DNA of 63,957 nucleotides, counting the filler, from Thelocarpon superellum (taxonomy: Eukaryota): the NCBI GenBank assembly GCA_026025795.1. It is 3 parts of 3 records of this genome, joined end to end, with 100 filler letters (N's around TTAATTAATTAA, not from the genome) between each part and the next. Parts side by side here need not be neighbours in the genome. Positions count along the whole stretch, not along the records: positions 43,766 to 63,957 come from JAPEUG010000329.1; 2 more parts are not named here. One strand, given 5' to 3'. The notes beneath the pieces are model-generated. The model saw only the letters and a program-made list of their open reading frames with translations. It was not told the DNA's origin and did no database searches. Below, in pieces: positions 51,801-63,867 of this stretch (position 1 is the stretch's first letter; every line of letters starts with the position of its first letter). A program made the translations under genes and the position numbers.

Positions 51801-53923
51801 GATCGGTGTCGCTTTCGGTCATGATCGGAGGCCCGCACCCTGGCCCGGAAGCATGTACGCCCCCAAACCCCTCTCCTCGACCTCCTGCAGCTTCACCGAC
51901 AATACTCGTGACACCTTCCATCCTCCCCCAGTGGCGGTAGTCGCGCGTTTCCACACGCGTCGCCACGCATTCTGTACCACCTGCGAGCTTGTTTGGTGCC
52001 ATCGAAACGGCCTGGTGGATGGCCGCCAATCCTTCCGGCAGATGCAAAGGTGGGGCGCCTTGAGCCGGGTGGATTTTCGATCGACAAGATGAGCCGACGT
52101 TGAGCGTCCTTGTGCTACTTCGTACCCCGACGACGACTGGACCGGTATGGAGGGGGACGTGCCCCGAGTACGCGACTCCAGTAGGAGTCGCAGCTGCTGG
52201 AGGGCTACTACCTTGCATCGTATCTGCTCCCCCTTGCGCAGCCATCACTTACTCCTTCAATACCCGCGTACTGTTTTGGAAAGCAGCGTTGGTCGGCGCA
52301 TGGCTGCGCTCCACATGCTCCCCTTCAGTGCATCGACACGGTGCATTGTCTCTACCGAAGGAGCAGAAGCAAGACAGCATCGCCGCAGCTCGTCCCGGCT
52401 AATGACGAAATAAAGTTAGTCGACTTGGGGAATTTCGCCTTGGCGCACTTGCTGCACCTCGTCTGAACTGGGCCGCTGCTGCGCCGCCCCGTGCTCGGGT
52501 GCCGATCGCGAGCGACAGCGGCAGGGATTCGTGGCGCCCCTCCTTGGGGGGAGCCAACTACGTCAGTCTGCTTCCAGCGACCACACCACGCACACACGAC
52601 GTGCGACGACCCGGATGGGCCTGCTCCTCCCCACGTTGACGCTGCATCCATGGTACGGGGTGCTTGCCGGCAAGGTTTCCACGGTCTACGATGAAGCCAA
52701 ATGCGCAACGGGCGTCATCTGCTGGCGGGCCGTCGCCCGTGGATGATGGACCATGGGCGAGGACGACGTCCCGACGTCCCGACACTGTGTTGCGGTAGCG
52801 TCCGATGAGAGGCGCACCTGAGCTTGGTGAAGCCGCGACGATGATTTGTGGAGGATGCAAGCGAAGGGGGTGTGGATCGCCAGCGAGAGGGCCACCGGTG
52901 GACCCAATAGGACGATTGTGCCCAGCGCCGGTCATTGTGTTTGCCATGGACCGGCCGACGCCCACTAAAAGCCACCTAACGGAGGGGGCCAAGTACTTGG
53001 GACGAGTACGGAGTAGTGGGTCTAAGAGAGGCAAACGCGAGGGTAAACGTGCAAGAGGTCGTTCCGTGGAGCCGGTCACGAGACGCTGCAGTCAATGCTC
53101 CACGCAGGCGCACCAGCCGTTGAGCAATCGCTTCGCCGTCCCTCACCCTTTTCAGTGGGCATCGCCGCAGTAAGGTTTGCTCTCCCCACTGCGCCATTCG
53201 CTCCGGGCCGGCTGCGATTGGCATCGAGCGTTGCCGATGCGTCTAGACCTCGAGACCTGGATGGGCCTCAGGACCGATGGGCGACGCCGACGACGCCACG
53301 GCGCAGCCCGCGCTCGAGGTACGAAGTACAAAGCACGCTAGGTGGGGAGATGAGACGAGGGCCAGCGAGCGGCCTACGTCTGACCCGAGGCAGATTCTGG
53401 ATGAGTCCCGAGTACTCGTCCCTTCGTATCGAGCGTCGTCTACGGCCAGGACGCCTGCTCATTCTCATTCGACAGCCACGCCGGGACCCGTCCCATGGCG
53501 ATGTGCCGCAAGTGCGGGGACCCTCTCGGGTCGCTGCTGTCATCATAGCCCCAACGACCCGTCGCTGGGTCAGGGTGATCCGAGAAGGTCCGACGCCACC
53601 TCTGGCGTGGGCATAGTCGAGTTACCAACTTATGTACGCATGCCGATCGGCGACCGGGGGTGGAGCATGCGGAGCAGCAAGCGAATACCGTGGTAGTAGT
53701 TTTCCTACGAGGAGTTGGGTGAAAAGACCAAACAATCTATCAGTGCTTTTCTCTCACGGCCTAACCCACGCGACCTACATGCATGAAGGCCAACCAGGAC
53801 CCACCACGATGCCCCAATCACCCCATCATCCGTCGGAACCCTTCACATCATTCGATGGTGCACGCCCGGTGAAGGCGGGGCGTGGCGCCAGGAAAGGTAC
53901 TGTTGAGTAATGCTGCCCATCGC

Positions 53924-56080
53924 TCAGAGGTGTGGGGTGGATTCTTGTGTTCCCCCCACGCGCGAGCCATGCACGGAATCGCCCAGTTTCGTTGGATCTT
54001 TGGGGTCATACATGCGCTCACGAATGTATTGGTCCAGCTCCACGTCGGACATCTGGCGCAGGGCGAGCTCTCGATCCACGCCCTGCGTCTGAGCCGCTCG
54101 GATCACCCCGCGGGCGACGAGGACGCTCACATTGCGAATCCGGCTCACGTCCGGGTAGAGTAATCCTGCGCGCGCCTCGTCCGGCGTCAAGGCCGTGCTG
54201 AGCGCGACCGCGGATGCGTAGATCTATCGACGATGAGCAACAGGTCGGTCGCATGACCGAGGAGAGTGGGGGTTCATACCATCTCCTGCTTCACGACCGT
54301 GGCTTTACACAGGATCGTCCCGAGACCAATGCCCGGAAAGACGTACATGTTATTACCTGGCGCAGATATGAGCCTCCGACTTCGGCATGCGGGGTGTACA
54401 TCCATGCCTACCTTGGCCAGGCGAGTAGACGCGGCCGTCGTACGTTGCCGGGTGGAAAGGGCTCCCACTAGCAAAGATGGCCCTACCCTCGGTATGCTTC
54501 AGGGCTTCCTCAAAGGTACACTCGGCGTTCTTCGACGGGTTGGAAAGGGGAAAGACGATTGGAGCCTTGTTTAGCTGACCCATGGTCGTGAGGATCTTTT
54601 CGTCAAAGATGCCCCCGATGGTGGATAGGCCCATCAAGATGGTGGGCTTGACGTGGTCGATGACACCGGCGAGAGTCTTGTGCTGCTGTCGACGATTGTC
54701 ATCCCGGGCAAAGTACACTTTGTGCTCTGCCAGCCTGTCTCCTCGATCCAGCGTGACGAGTCCCTGTTCGCGGTCAGTCTCTTGGGCGCAGGCAGGTCGC
54801 ACATCGGCGTACCTTGGTATCCACCAGCCAGAAGCGGCGGCGGGCCTCATCTTCGCTCAGCCCCTCTCGCATAAAGTACTCGACGATCTGCTTCGCGACG
54901 CCCACGCCCGCGCTCCCCGCTCCCATGAAGACGGCCCGGTGATCTTTGAGGGGGACGTCGGTCCGCTTGATGGCGTTGATGATTCCCGCGAGCACCACGG
55001 CGCCCGTCCCTTGGATGTCGTCATTGAAGCAGGTGTACACGTCGCGGTACTTGGCGAGCGCCGGGAAGGGGTCCTTGAAGTCTTCGAACTGAATGACGAT
55101 GCTGCAGATGTCAGTCGTATCCGGCTTCGGGTGGAACAAGCTTACCCTGGCCATTTGTCGGTCAGCGCCGCCATGAGCTCGTCCTGAAATACCAGCTCGT
55201 CGGCCAGCGTAACGCGCTCTCGTCGACTTCCCATGTAGAGTGGGTCGTTCACGAGCTTCTTGTTGTTCGTCCCCAGGTCGAGCATGAGCGGGAGGGTCGC
55301 CTCGGGACGGATGCCAGCACAGCCCGTGTAGAGCGCCAACTTCCCCACCGGAATGCCCATGCCGTTGATGCCGAGGTCTCCAAGGCCCAGAATTCGCGAT
55401 CCATCCGTCACCACCGTGATCTCCACGTTGCTTTGGGGCCAGTTATCCAAGATCGAGCGAATCGATCCACGATCCGAGTAGGAGAGGTAGAGCCCTGGCG
55501 AGATAAGCCGGTGTCCTCATGACCCTTTCGAGTCGCGTGATCATCCATATTCACCTTCTGGTTGTTGGTAGATGTCGGACCACGAGAGGCATGCCTCGCC
55601 GACGACCGGGGTATAGATGATAGGGGTCAATTCCTAGGAGCGGTCAATAGGCATTGGGCGTGCATGAATAGGGAGCGTACCTTCATATGGTTCATGACCA
55701 AACGGTAGAAGAGGTGGACGTTGTTGTTTCGCAATTGGCTTAGATATTGATATTTCTCAATGGGCGCCCTTTTCTGGGCCAGTTGACGAAGACCTAGCAG
55801 TGGTTCAGTGAAAACCCAAAGTGAAACACTTAGAGCTCTCACATCGCGTGGCCTGGGTCTCATAGCTCTCGACATTTGGCGGGATGAGTCCGTAGGTGCC
55901 GTGGTATTTTCGAACGTGGGATGCATTCGACGTATCCAAGTCCGTGCTACGTCGGAGATGATCAGTCGATCAGATATGAGAGGAGAGGCGTGGGCCACGA
56001 GGGACGTACGATTGAGAAATCTTTCGGGTTTGCGTGGCGCGTGGTGCATGTTTCGTATGCCCATTCAGAAAGGGAGCCAT
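53924..56080 (-). CDS. Malic enzyme (NAD(P)-dependent malate dehydrogenase, decarboxylating), multi-exon
   Basis: [108 protein letters not shown]; ends -STPHL*. Confidence 0.95.
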
Positions 56081-57248
56081 GGTGGCCGATTCAGCAACCG
56101 CAGCCACGGGACGGGACGGAGATGCGGCGAGCGTGGGGCGAGCGGGCCTCGTGGATCGTGCCCGAATAAATACAGGAGATCTGACGGTTGACCACGGCTT
56201 AGAGCCTTTCCACAGACGCATCGAGTTATATTCAGGAGAGGACCTTAATTTCCAATCGCCTTCGCTCCCTCCAGAGGCGCTCCAAACGTACCCGTCCTCG
56301 CACGCGTATGAGGAGAAATACTCGTGGCGGTAGAGAACAATTCCGGTGAGCACAGTGCATCCGAAGCCGGCGAGCCGATGATTGGTGCTGTGCTCGTTCA
56401 CAAGCGAGAGCGTTGCGGCGTTGTCCACAGCACTAAGCCGGCGCCCGAAGCCAAATTCCTGGCGGTGGGCCGGACGATCGTCGGACGTCCTTCGACAGAA
56501 ACGAAGCTCAAGATATAGGGCGGGCTCGGATCATCGCCTGCGCACCGAGAGGAGGTATGGGGTGACGGACCCGCCTTCCTCCCGATATAGTCCGAGGCAA
56601 AGGCAGAGCACCTGTGCCTGCGCCATAGCCGGCGCAACTCCGCATTCGGTAGCGCTCAGCCCATGCCGAGGTGCGTAGTAGCTTCAGTGGCCTCGACGTT
56701 CCTGAGTGACCTCCGTTCACTTAAGAACGATCCCTCCAATTTCATCCGCTTCGGTCATTCTCTTGAGTCAAAGTGTCCAGGACATCTACGCAGTCTGTCG
56801 TGCAAGGTCTCGCTGCCGTCCAGCATTGAAATGATCATCTTGCGCAACTAGTCCCTCGTCCATCACGAGTATATCCGCCGTCCACTGTTCGGCGCGAAGC
56901 TATTGCTGACGAGGCACGTGCCTCTCTCGCTTCCATCATACCACGCCAGTTGCACGAGTGCGAGTAATGTATGCTGGTGACGTAGTGCTGTCGACCTTGT
57001 ATTTTGTAAGTCGCCATCGGTCATAACGACTGTCTCCATCGTCCTTCATCTTGCGTAGATGTCTAGCAATATTCCGAAATGCCCCTCTGATTTTTCCAAG
57101 GTCACATTCCGGAGAGCTTCTCCTCAGCCCTTCAGGGTCGCAATCGGTAAAATCGTCCAATTCAATATTGCAAGAAGTATTCGATTATCTGTTTTCACAA
57201 CTCGGCTCGGTCGTATTGTCACCTTCTTTCATCACCGCTCTTCGGCAC

Positions 57249-59523
57249 ATGTCTTCTTGCCTTGGGTGCAGGAAGAGGCGTGGGGAGGATGCGGAACCAC
57301 TGCTGCCTCAATATCACGATGACACGGTCCTTCAGAGGCGTCTCCACCAAAAGCTTCACTCATACCAGATGCTGCGAGCCACCTCGAAAGGGTACATGCC
57401 ATCCAGCGAGCAAATCATCATCAACCTTCGCACGCTCTTGGCATCCGATATCCTCAATCCGACTCAGCGGGACCTGAGTGACTCGGGTCGGTTCTTGGTC
57501 AAATATACCAAGCAATGGCTCGCGGAAGTCATCGACCTTCTCCGACACAAGAACGACGGCGACCAGGTTCAAGAGTTCATCTGGTTCCTGTCCAAGGCGG
57601 ACCTCTCCCTGGACACGCAAGATCTGGCAAAGACCGCCTCAACGGCACGAGCCAGAGCGGATGCCTCGGCTGGTGAGCAAGGACCCACCAGATTCGTCTC
57701 TCGTGATTAATGTTCGTCAAGGCTACGAGAGCCTGAAGACCGTGGGCAGTCTCTTGCTGACCAACTCCGACTTTCGCCTCTTCCTCGGAGATCTCCACGT
57801 CGTCGCTCGGCAGATCTTTGCGGATACCGCCGTCACGCTTTCCGACGTGGCCAAGGAGGCGGCGGAGGAGGTCGAGCCGTCGGAGGAGGATTCGAAGATG
57901 ATTCAGAATGCCGGCTCCGAGCCAGGTCCGCCACCAACGACGGGTGAGCTCGGCGGAGACGTTACCGATCTGTCGCAAGTGGTGACAAATGGACTACACC
58001 GGACGGGGCAGGAAGCGGTGACGAGTCTCAAGGAGAATGTATCGGGGGACCAGAAACAGACGCTGCTCCATCGACTTCGCCAGGCAGTCTTCAAGCTGCG
58101 GCAACGGAACGACTATTCCGAATCGGTCTCGACCGTTGCCTTGCTATTGAAGAGATATGCTACAGTGTACTCTCGAGCGATGGATGACACGCTCAGCACC
58201 ATTCAAAGGGACGTGAAGCCTAACGACGAGCTCGACCTAGCCGTGAGGAATGCCTGGTCTCTGGTGACGTCGTGCGGGGATCGGCAGGCGTGGAAGGCGC
58301 TGGAGGAGAAGTTCGCGGCCGTGGTCCGACATTCGCAGACAGACCCCGACTTCGAGAGCTTGATGAACGACGTCGGCAACACGGTGCAGAAGATGCTGAC
58401 CGATCCGGACTTCTTCGAATCCGCAAACGATCAGATCGAGCGACTGCGACAGAAGTCCCGGGGAGTTGGGGGCGAATCATCACTCCGGGACGAAGTTGTC
58501 TCGTTGCTGGAGCAGTTCCGTACGACGTTGGATTCGGTTCTCCACGATGCCGAGATCTCCAAGCTCATCGCGACGAGCCTAAAGATCATCAACATCCTCT
58601 CTCCTGTCCATTCCACCACGAATGGCGAACTGATTGACGACAGTCTCCACGTCTTCATCCCGCTCCTCATCCAGTCCATTCAGTACATCCCCATTCCACG
58701 ATTGGAAGTCTCGGTGCCAGAAGTGGATCTCCTCCTCGAGAACCTGATCATTGAGCCCGGACGTACCGTCAACAACACCTCGTTTTTCCCCTACAGGCTC
58801 CGCATCGAAAGCTACAACGACCTCGAGATCCGAAAGGCCAAGTTCCGGACGACGTCCAACGTGACGTCCCTGGTCACCATCAAACTCGACGGCATGTCTC
58901 TCCGCGCAGACGAGATCGGATTCTGGCTCCGAGCACACTCGGGGATCCTCCGTCTCGCCGACCAAGGCATCGCGTCATTCGAGCTCGATGAGAGGGGAAT
59001 CGACATCCACGTCGACGTGGAAGTAGGCAAAGACCGGCTCGAGAAGATGCTCAGTCTACGCGACGTGCGCGTCAAGATCCACCACCTGTCCTACACGCTC
59101 CGCAAGAGCAAGCTCGCCTGGCTGGCCTGGCTGATCAAGCCACTTCTCCGCCCGATCGTCAAGAAGGTCATGGAGAAGCAAATCGCCACGGCCATCAGCG
59201 ATCTGCTGCACGCCGGCAACCGCGAGCTGCTGTTCGCGCGGGAGCGACTGCGCGCGACGCGCATTGCGGACCCGCAGGACCTGCGCACGTTCGTCAAGGC
59301 GGTCATGACGCGGCTCACGCCCGCGCCGGACCCGGATCTGTATGCCAACGTGGGGGTGGATGCCCCCGGCAAGGGCATCTTCGCAGGTGTATATGCCCCC
59401 GGTAGCGTGGTCAAGCTCTGGCATGATGAGGCCGACGCGGCGGGCGAGGTGGTGGATGGGTCCGCGGAAGGCGGATGGCGCAACGAGGTCTTCAATGTCC
59501 AGACGCAGATGATGGGGCAGTGA
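57249..59523 (+). CDS. Conserved fungal BPI-like / HAM1-like (DUF5923-type) protein
   Basis: EPLLPQY.DDT.LQR.LHQKLHSYQMLRA..KGYMPS, LLLTNSDFRLFL, IQYIPIPRLEVS.PE.DLLLENLI.EPG, NRELLFARERLRATRIADP; one intron 57673-57721. Family call from recognition of this conserved fungal hypothetical. Confidence 0.8.
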
Positions 59524-59801
59524 TTGCGTGTTTGACGATTTGCTTTGGGCCCAATAGCTTGCTCGTATACATCTGTTCTTAGCTGGATAGAAAATCTATG
59601 ATGCCCTCGCTCTCGCCTCACCCGGACGTCGCCGCTCTAGCTGGGTGTGCTGCGCAACCCGGGTGAGCCCTCGCGCGAGCCTCAGGTGTGCCGCGTGCTC
59701 TGCCCACCCATCCGTTGGACAATGCGAGACTGGTACCTGGACGATAGTGAAGCCTGCGGTGGCAGCGGCCCTTCACCCCAACCCAACCCACGACCCTGTG
59801 T

Positions 59802-59860
59802 CATGAAGAGTGCACCATGAAGAGTGCACCATGAAGAGTGCACCATGAAAAGTGCACCAT
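59802..59860. repeat. 14-bp tandem repeat (CATGAAGAGTGCAC) x4
   Basis: Three perfect copies and one single-mismatch copy, with no spacers. Confidence 0.95.
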
Positions 59861-59959
59861 CTGTGCATGTGTCAAGATGTTGGTTAGGTGATATTGCTTG
59901 CAAAGAGTAGGATCAAAGGATCATCTTTCTCATGCAGAGATTAAATGGTGCAATTTAAA

Positions 59960-60110
59960 GCTTGGCACCAGCCCTCATGATAGGTAAAGGAGGATTCTTC
60001 GCTTTGCTGTGGGCATTATAAAGGATGTATTGTTGACGCTTGGCACTAGCCCTCATGCTAGGTGAAGGAGGATTCTTCGCTTTGCTGCGGGCATTATAAA
60101 GCATGTATTG
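59960..60110 (+). promoter_or_regulatory. Tandemly duplicated 73-bp segment, each copy with TATAAA
   Basis: 59960-60032 vs 60038-60110 differ at 5 positions; TATAAA at 60017-60022 and 60095-60100, about 185-265 nt upstream of ATG 60284. Confidence 0.75.
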
Positions 60111-60283
60111 ACCTTAGATCCTAATTTTGAGGTAATTACCGCAGAGTTGACGGGTGATTCCCACACTCATTCTTGCAGCTATATATACGGTCTGGTATTT
60201 CCTAAAAGTGCGTTCGCTTTGAAAGAGCATGAAAATTGCTGCCTCCAACTAGGCATTCTCCACCTCTTCACCTCTCAGACACT

Positions 60284-61430
60284 ATGGGTCACACACTCAA
60301 CAACATGCACCTCATCTACCTCGTTGTCTTTACCTGGGTGGGCCTTTTAGTCAGCGCCCAGGCAGTCTGCAGTGAGGCACAACTAGCCATCATCAATCCA
60401 ATGAGGGATATGGCAGCGCAGAAATTACAGCACGCTCTTAGTTCGAGCGATTCATCTGCTTGGGAGGCGTATGTTGTTCCTTACTTGGTGGTTGGTGGTT
60501 GGTGGTATAGGACCATAGCTGATCCTCTTGTCGTCCAGGTACTTTGGACAAAGCGATTCGGCACTTGTTGCTGCTGTCTACCACGCCATGATCATGATCA
60601 ACAACCAGACAGCATACTGTCTCGATACTGATGTCGGGTCCGACTACGCTCTGGGCTATCAAGCTTTTGCTCCTTCCTTCTTCCAAGCTGCCACTGGTCA
60701 AAGCACGAGTGACTGCACAAACCCACTCGCCTCACCTCAGAGTGCATGCTCGCTTGGCTGGGGATCGTGCGATGATCCAGGAGCACCTGAGAGTGCATGC
60801 TCGATTGGCGGGGAAGGGTGCGCTGAGCCAGGAGATCCGATTTTGGTCCCATCAGGGCAATATGCCAATGCCGGAACCCTTGCCCCTCTGGACTTATGGT
60901 GGATTAGTCGGCTCACCTTGAGTGTCAATCTAAATACACTCGGCATTGGGAAGGGTTCCAACAACAATGGTCTCACAATCAACCCCCAGGTCACTATTCC
61001 TGCGACGCTCCTGGACCAAGCGACTTATCCAAATGGCACTCAATATTCTCAGCTTGCGACGCAGGTGAACTCATACGAAGCCCTGGCTCGATGGATTGAT
61101 ATTTCCCACTTCTACTATAACGATACAACAAAAGCTGCTCATTGGCAGGCAATAGCATACCAAATGTATGCACAAGGGCTCTGGATCAATGCCCCCAACT
61201 CGGGGTGTAACCCTACCAATACCTACCAGAAGGAGACGTGTGTGTGCCATCACTCGGTACCTGACAACGCTTGCAACGAATGGTGGTGGACTATTGACGA
61301 GGATAGTAATGGCAATCCAGGCTACTGGAACGGTTGTACGACGTTTTATTGTGATTCATTTCCTTCCCGGAAATTGGTGGCGGACGACGGGCGGACTTGG
61401 ATGAACCCCCGTCCAAAGTTTGCTCGTTGA
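60284..61430 (+). CDS. Secreted Cys-rich protein (~358 aa), possibly M35/deuterolysin-like fold lacking HExxH
   Basis: Signal peptide MHLIYLVVFTWVGLLVSAQA|VC; clean intron 60469-60538 (GTATGT..GCTGAT..CAG) joins two ORFs in frame; 13 Cys; internal 17-aa duplication. Confidence 0.8.
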
Positions 61431-62115
61431 GGTGAGAAGTCAACTCGGCCTTCATACCGTCCAGCAAAACAGAAGCCTCATCGACCCTTTGACAGGACCT
61501 GGCGAGAGCGCTTTGGAAGAGACCCGTCACCCCTCTCCCCTTTTCTATCTCTTGTTGTGTGAGCCGCAGGCCCATCCTCAACTGATCTCGCTCCTCTTCC
61601 GCTTGCTGTCGTAGTTTTGATTCACGCTCTGCTTGATCAGCAAGTTGATGTTGTCTTCCTGCAGCTCTTCAGCTCGGCAGGCAAAGCTGACTTTTGGTTG
61701 TGGAACACACTATTCAAGATGTCAGTGTCAAGGTTGCTGTAGCGTCAAGGTAGAGGATCAAGACCACTGCTTCCATATTGGCGATTTCTCGATTTGAATG
61801 GTCCTGTCGTCAGCTAGCTTCCAAAGATATGCCGACTTCTCGGCATAACTCCTTATAGGCCCCAATCAAGTGCTTGCTTAGGTGCTTGAACAAGTGCTGC
61901 CTTGGCGGAAGGGCGGTCCAGGTATAGAGGTCTTCGACACCTGGGATGAGTCGTACTTCGGAAGGCTTGACCGGGATTCCTAGCTTTCTCTCTTCGATCG
62001 CCGTTAGCTTCTCCGAAGAGACGTGTGTTCCAAACGTACTGATATGCTCTGACAGTCTTTGTCGACACTGCATCCTTCACTTCGTACGCTCGACCCTTTT
62101 TGACTGTACAGCCAT
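61291..62115 (-). pseudogene. Disrupted fungal hypothetical gene with coiled-coil C-terminus
   Basis: MAVQSKRVERTK*RMQCRQRLSEHI|(intron GTACGT..CTAAC..AAG)KRKLGIPVKPSEVRLIPG..YTW..HLFKHLSKHLIGAYKELCREVGISLEAS*, then coiled coil QAERESKLRQQAEEERDQLR; stops at 62077-62079 and 61810-61812. Confidence 0.65.
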
Positions 62116-62249
62116 GATGAACCGCTATCCACGGAAAGGCAGCTTATCGATGGAGTCCACGGAGAAATGCGTAGTGCGTGCTCCGAGCCAGAGGAGCAAA
62201 GAGCGGTGCACACAAGTGTTGGAAACTCGGTGGCACTGAGCGGAAGACC

Positions 62250-63867
62250 CTCCTTACATAGAGGCCCCCTATATGTGGAGCCGTTCAACCTCAGATTTGG
62301 AGGTCTGCCATGGAACTTGGGAATCTCTTCGAAGACTCCGCCTGGATGTGATGATGAGTACAACCTGCTCGCGTTCCCGGAAGAAACACGGCAGCGGATT
62401 CAAGATATGGTCAGTCTGGGGCAAAGCAGACATGAGTGGGTTGTGATGCAATGACTGACAACACCTGCCAGCGGCGGCCAACAATATGAAACTCACCTGC
62501 TGGCTCATTTCTCCGTTTGGGGCTCCTGCTTCAGCGATCGTTCGCCGACCTGGCTCCTGTTTGGCGAGGTGGCTCCGAAACGGGCTCCGAGACAGTCTCC
62601 CGTAGTGGAGAATGGGAGACCACATTATTCGTACGTGGGGCTACCAACGCAGTCCCCGGCTCCCCAATGTCGGGCGAGGCAGCTGATGCTACGAGGATCG
62701 GTCCGGTACACGAGGACGAGCAACGGTTACGAGTAAAGGGTGCGAGTAAGGGCGACGATATTCGCCCCTCTCGAGTTCAAAAGTGACAGTTGAGGTAAGG
62801 TTGGCACGGCAGCAACCAATCGGCAAGTCCAAGACGAGCATTCGACCACGACCGAAGGAACCGTGGTAGCCTCGCCGCGAGGTTCGCAACAGGAGGGAAC
62901 TTCTTGCAGGGTTTGTCACCGGTGACCCCACCATCCATTAGCGAACCCATCACTATGTTACAAGGAAGCCCTTATCGTCGATCAGCCAGCCGCGTAAGTC
63001 CAGAGATGCTGCCTGTAGTCATTGGCCAGGGCTTGGGAGGAAGTACATATCTTCGCCGCGTCTCATCGAGGAAATTTTGGCAGCCAAGTCGATAACGGCG
63101 CCAATGTGGCTTGATTCATCCCGCGTATCGGCCTGGCTCGGCTCGCTCTGACGTGGCCGGCCACATACGAAGTAGTACTACTACTAGTCCGCAGCTAATG
63201 AGAAAACCAGTCATTACGCCCACGACACGCTCCCTGCTATATGGAGTCCGGACAACGACACCCTCTTATTGTGGATTCATTGGTCCTATCTATGTGAAAG
63301 GAGGAGTCAACTTCTCCCCCGAAACTGGATATCCTCTGATGGGACCAGCTGCGCCACGAGCTACGCTCACGTCTTAGGCGCTCAACCCTACCTGCGGAAA
63401 TTGCGGTCCTCCTCACTGCCCTTCTGTCGTTGGAACAGCTGAGGGAACATCCTCGCCCTATTGCGACTCTATTGCGGCTATCACAGGCAGACCTCAAGGC
63501 ATTATTTGACGACTGTCCTGAGCACAATCCTGGACCAATCGTGAAGCACCTCGGCCACTCGCTCGTCAGAGTGGCGACCTTCTTGGAGTCCGACGATGGC
63601 CCAGGGGTTCTTCAACTTCTTGCCCACGCCATTGACCCGAGCGAGAAATCCAAATCGATCGACCCATTCCTGGATGGCTACATCCTCGAGCGGCTGTCTT
63701 TCGCCGAGAATCATGACAAAGCTTTCACAAAGGTTCTCAAAGTCATGAAGCTGTTCTGTGGACAGTCGAGCGAATCTACCCTATCACACTCTGATGACAC
63801 GGATGTGTATGGGGAGAATTGGGTGCATGTACCTGGTACAGGCAATGTGGTACCTGCAGTTGAATAG
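62250..63867 (+). pseudogene. Disrupted hypothetical gene, divergent from the previous pseudogene
   Basis: Protein-like segments LYVEPFNLRFGGLPWNLG..LLAFPEETRQRIQD, PTI*NSPAGSFLRLGLLLQ..EWETTLF and a 145-aa helical tail (63430-63867), interrupted by stops and frameshifts; the start is approximate. Confidence 0.55.

Noticed and set aside
59802..59860. CRISPR-like array
   Set aside because: Contiguous 14-bp tandem units with no unique spacers, no cas genes, and a eukaryotic context.
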